Of a DNA stretch of 64,000 nt, positions 59,272-64,000 are shown one piece after another. The notes under the pieces were generated by a model. The model saw only the letters and a program-made list of their open reading frames with translations. It had not been told where the DNA came from and searched no databases. Within the stretch, counting starts at the first letter, position 1. Every line of letters starts with the position of its first letter. The position numbers and the translations under genes were made by a program. Origin of the DNA: the human T2T-CHM13v2.0 reference genome, Homo sapiens; assembly GCF_009914755.1 (NCBI RefSeq), contig NC_060935.1, one strand, 5' to 3'.

Positions 59272-61659
59272 TCTCTTCCTGCTTTTTTATACTTCTTCAA
59301 CATCATGATGTATACCTTCCTTCAATTTGTGGCCCTTCCCACTGAATGTATCTATACAGGTCCCTCGTAGCCCTTAGTCTCCAATGTAATGCATTATCTG
59401 CATCAAGTCTGTTTCACCCTGGATTTAGTACAGGAATAACAAAAATGCATATAACTCAAGGAATTGGCTCACCTACCATACGGTCAATCTGGGCCTGGTA
59501 CTATCCAAACTGGGCAACAAACCTACTTTTTCTTAGTATCTACTATTGCCACAGAGCAAATTTGATAAGGTCAGGGGAACTTCATATTGGATTGCAGCAA
59601 CGTGGTGCAGGTTTTCTTTGACTTGTCCAGTGTCCAGAGAGGAAGATTACAATTACTTGATTCTTTATGCATAAAAGAACTACTTGGCTCTATTTTCCTC
59701 TGAAGAAAACAGTATAACTGGAAAGATTTGGGGGCTTCATGGGGTACCCAGCACCAGTGGTTCAGTGGTGAGGCCCCTGGGATACAGCAGAGAATATCTG
59801 GGTTCTTGTCCTGATTTTGTCACTATCTGATTCACTTGCCTGGCCCATTGTAGACCATAAAAATACTTTAAAATAAATGAATGGGTTATGTGACTTTGAC
59901 TCTCTTCTAACATTTTCAGACTTCTTTATCTCCATTTCCAAAATGAAAATGTTAGATTATCTGATGTCTAAGATCCCTGAAACTCTAAAATTGCATGATC
60001 TAAGCTAAGAATGCCTTCTAGAGCTCTATCCTTACATTAAACCCTTTTGAGCAAAGTGAAATTGATAATTAACCAACTGTCAAATAAAAATTTTTAATGT
60101 ATTTTTTATTACATGTGTACCACAAGCAGAGAACTCAGCTATCTAACCTGCCTTGATAACAAGTTCCCATTTTGCTGATACAGGACTCTCTCAAAAACTT
60201 TCTATCAAATTTTCATTCTGTAGCCTCCTATCCCAGGTTTTGTTTACTCTTTCTCTTAATGACTAAATTTTAGCATGAAAATATAGGTTCTCATTCCAAA
60301 GTGGAAAAGATGTAAGGATAGCCTTCACTGGCTCATGGGCAGGGATGGGTGTCTGGTGAGGAGAGTCCCCCATCAATGACCAAAAGTGATGGAGAAGAAG
60401 CTGCAAATCTGCTTTCAAGTCACCAGGGGCAACTATCCAGGGCAACTCAAACATCGCAAATGTTTTCTAACCCCATCCAGCCTTTCTGCATCACCCACAA
60501 CTTCCTTGGGAGTTTAAAAATTACTTGACTCCAGCGCAATGTTCTCAACTGTTTATTGTTCTGCGTTCTTGTTGTTGTTGTTGTTCCCTGCCTTCATTCT
60601 TCCTGGGTTTGACCTAGAACCCCATCTTTCATCCAAAGAACCTAGAGTTCCAGGAGAGTAAAGGGCCAGGCATGAGCTACCTCAGCTCAGATCTGATCTG
60701 AGTGATTGTCACTACTGGCCTTTGGTTTGTTTTTTACACCTCGCTGCTTTCCTGCTGGTGAGGAAACAAGTCAGCACTATCTCACTCTCTTGCCATCCAG
60801 TCTTCACCATCAGGCACTTTAATACTGCATAGGACACACGTACATTTAAGAAGTATACAATTATGTAAATATGTTGAATATTGGATAAGTAGATATTAGA
60901 CAAATCAGTACTTGATTGGTTATACTAATGTTTCTTCACTCTAAAAAAAAGAATTTTAAATAGAAATTTGGTGCTATGTATCAAAATTCATTTTCTTCAA
61001 TTTTGTGTCAAAGTTCACATATTTACAAATTTTTCAGGAAGAAAGTTAAATGAATTTCCATACAGTGGTGGGGTCATGAATCAGTACCTTGTTTTATAAT
61101 TATTTACAGGGGATATATGACATGTGGAAGGTCATAAACCCTGCACATCAGCTCTTTTCAATATGATTTGTTTTCCAGTGAGTCTTTGTGGTTCCATGGC
61201 CTGTTTTCTCAGTATGGATTTTGAACACTGCACACAGATGGATTCTGTTTAGAATCTAATGGGACTGAAAAAGTCCAGCAGTCAGATAACCCAGACAGTC
61301 TCAACTTCATTCTGTTTTAAGCTCTTAAATATATTTAGGTCTGCCTCTTCTCTCCCTGAAGCAGCAAAAATAAGCAAGGGTGACCTTTACTATTCTGCAT
61401 AAACAGAACCTACTCTTTCCTTTGAGCCTCCCACTGAGGATTTATTGGACGTTCCACCACGGGTTCAATGATCCCTATTTCCTGGACTTACCTGCTCCCA
61501 TACTCCTTGGCTTTCCTTTTCATATACATGGAATTAATACTTCAGGGAAGAATTTTGATTAATTTTTGTTTCTCTGAAATGAACATATTCTAAGTTGAGC
61601 TCTGATGACTACTAATGTAGATCTTAGGAAAAATTAGGAACTTATTCTCTGTATATTGG

Positions 61660-61977
61660 TAAGAGGACATTCTGAGAAAAGCATCATTAGGTGATGTCCT
61701 TGTACAAACATCATAGACTACACTCACACAAATCTAGATGGTATATCCTACTACACACCTAGGCTATATGGTATAGCCTGTGGTTCCTAGGCTACAAACG
61801 TGTATGCTATGTTACTGTACTGAATATTGTAGGCAACTGCAACACACTGGTTTGTGCATCTAAACATATCTAAACATAGAAAAGATACAGTAAAAACATG
61901 GCATTATAATCTTATGAGACCACCATTGTAGACACAGCCCCTTGCTCACTGAAAGGTCATTATGTTGCACATGACTG
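61660..61977 (-). mobile_element. Tigger3a (MER7A) TcMar DNA transposon
   Basis: ttctgagaaa...cacacctaggctatatggtatagcct...ctaaacatatctaaacatagaaaag...catgactg followed by TA. Confidence 0.85.
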
Positions 61978-62164
61978 TAGTTTCTGCTCTGCACAATAGT
62001 AGAAAAAAGTGAATAGTGTTAAAATGGTTGAAGAGAAAGGAAGATGACTCCGAAATTTTAATACCATTTTATTCATGACTAAGAACCTACAAACAGTTCT
62101 GAAACAGTTTAACCTTTTCTATTCTTGTTCTCATGTCCTAAAATAAAGTTAAAATGTAACCACC

Positions 62165-62474
<310 letters not shown>

Positions 62475-64000
62475 TCATTGAGCAACTGTGATATATCAGG
62501 AACTATAATGTCCCAGACATTTTTAACACCAATATTTTTTAAAACTTGTCTGAGTTTGTCAGACGGTTACGCAATAGACCTGAGACTTCTAATGCAGAGC
62601 TTCTTGAGTTCAAAACCCATGATCTGGTGTACATGGCCACTCTGTATTTTGTTATCCCAGTCCAAGTAATGAGCTATGCAGGATGGGTGTGATCAGGGTT
62701 GTGAGGACTGAAACTCTCCCCAGTAGCAATGAGTGAATAGTGCAACGGGACATTTCATTAGGTTAGAGAGGTGAGTGGGGAGAAAGACAGCAAAGAGTCT
62801 AGTTTAGTAGAGTTAATGGAAGAAATTATTTCCATTCCTTATCCTGCCTTTACTCTCATGTCCTCAACTACTCATTGGGGCTTGGTTTTAGAGATTGCTT
62901 TTGGCTCCAAACACCTATTAAAGGAGATATATATTTTAGTGTTTCTGAATGCTTATTTGTGGTGAAATTTTTTTATTTTTATTTTTGCCAACGAATGTGG
63001 TGAAATTTTTAATGACCTCAGTTAAAAAGTAAAAATAATAACGCTATCTAGTGAATTCTGCATAAAGCTAAAAGTGCCACATTGGTGTAATAGCCTATAT
63101 TCCAAAAGACATCTATTCTACTATCTTCAAAATCATTGCATTAAAAAATGTTAAAGGAAAAGTAAGTTTTAGCTTTTATTTTGTTTTGCTTTTTGAGGCT
63201 AGTTGGAAATACTCTTTGAAATCCTGTTTTTTTATCACAATTCTAACTGATGCAAGGTTGAGAGGGGAGGATTCAGGAAGATAAATCCAGCAGGTGTATA
63301 TAGAAATGGAGAGACGAGACAGAAATACAGGAGTTGAAGAAATAGTTAAGAAATTATTGCAGTGATTTATCTTGGGTTCTAAAGCCTATAGGTATGGCGG
63401 CAATGAAAATAGAAGAGTTGGGATATAAGGCATATTTCAGAGGAAGAACCACAAGGACATTGTACCATAGGAAATAGAACAGAATGGGTGTTAAAGGCAG
63501 GTAATGATGATATGATTAGCTAAGCAGCTGGAATGCACCTAGCCAATTGTCTTGAAATTAACCTCATAGCTTCTATTCAATGAGACTTCACATCACCATG
63601 AGAAAACTATGTGAAGTGCAGCCCCACTGAGAATAAGTAGTGTCCTAGCAGATTCGTAGCTGAGTGAAACCACTCCAGACTCATAGTAGGTAGCTAATAA
63701 CTGTTATTCACTCCCAGCTACATGATTTTCTTTAACCCTCAGAACTCCCTGAATGTAGGTATGGGTAGTCTACCTTGCAAATGCAAAAGCTTATTTTCAG
63801 GGAAGCTAATTTCACATGACCCAAGACTGGTACAATGAAGATCTGAATACAGGTCAGACAGCATCAGAGAAGGCCCAAGAAGTCCGCCCTTCGTCAGAAG
63901 CATTACTTCAAGCCTCATTTGCATGACATTAGAGTAACAGAAGGGATAGAAATGGGACCCTTTTGCGGCCTCTTTAGTAAGAATATTCTGAAGTTAATTT

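Noticed and set aside
63739-63924. Minus-strand ORF with a possible donor (CAAG|GTAGAC ~63773) as an upstream exon
   Set aside because: No recognisable protein similarity and no convincing acceptor; cannot be supported from sequence.

Overview
Human (or great-ape) genomic DNA covering the 5' end of TRPC6 (transient receptor potential canonical channel 6) on the minus strand. A CpG island (~35.95-37.45 kb) holds the promoter, 5'UTR and coding exon 1 (ATG at 36982, GT donor at 36812). Everything to the left is intron 1 and everything to the right is upstream of exon 1. Most of the rest is interspersed repeat: a full-length but dead L1PA7-like LINE-1 with TSDs, two large older L1MA-type fragments, Alus, MIR/L2, MER1A/MER3/MER5/MER58/Tigger3a DNA transposons, and THE1, MLT2 and LTR8 LTRs. 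There is also a complete processed pseudogene of KIAA1191 (p33MONOX) and several tandem repeats. Nearly all ORF-track entries are L1 debris, Alu or microsatellite artefacts. I cannot demonstrate a new biological system. The two best leads are: (1) the intronic L1's antisense-promoter region carries an open ORF0-like frame whose stop codon sits inside a splice donor with the same phase as TRPC6 exon 1, predicting an in-frame L1-TRPC6 chimera; (2) an LTR8 copy has the hallmarks of an L1-retroposed ERV RNA rather than a solo LTR. Gene and repeat-family names come from recall of known sequences, not from database searches. Boundaries of old repeats are approximate.
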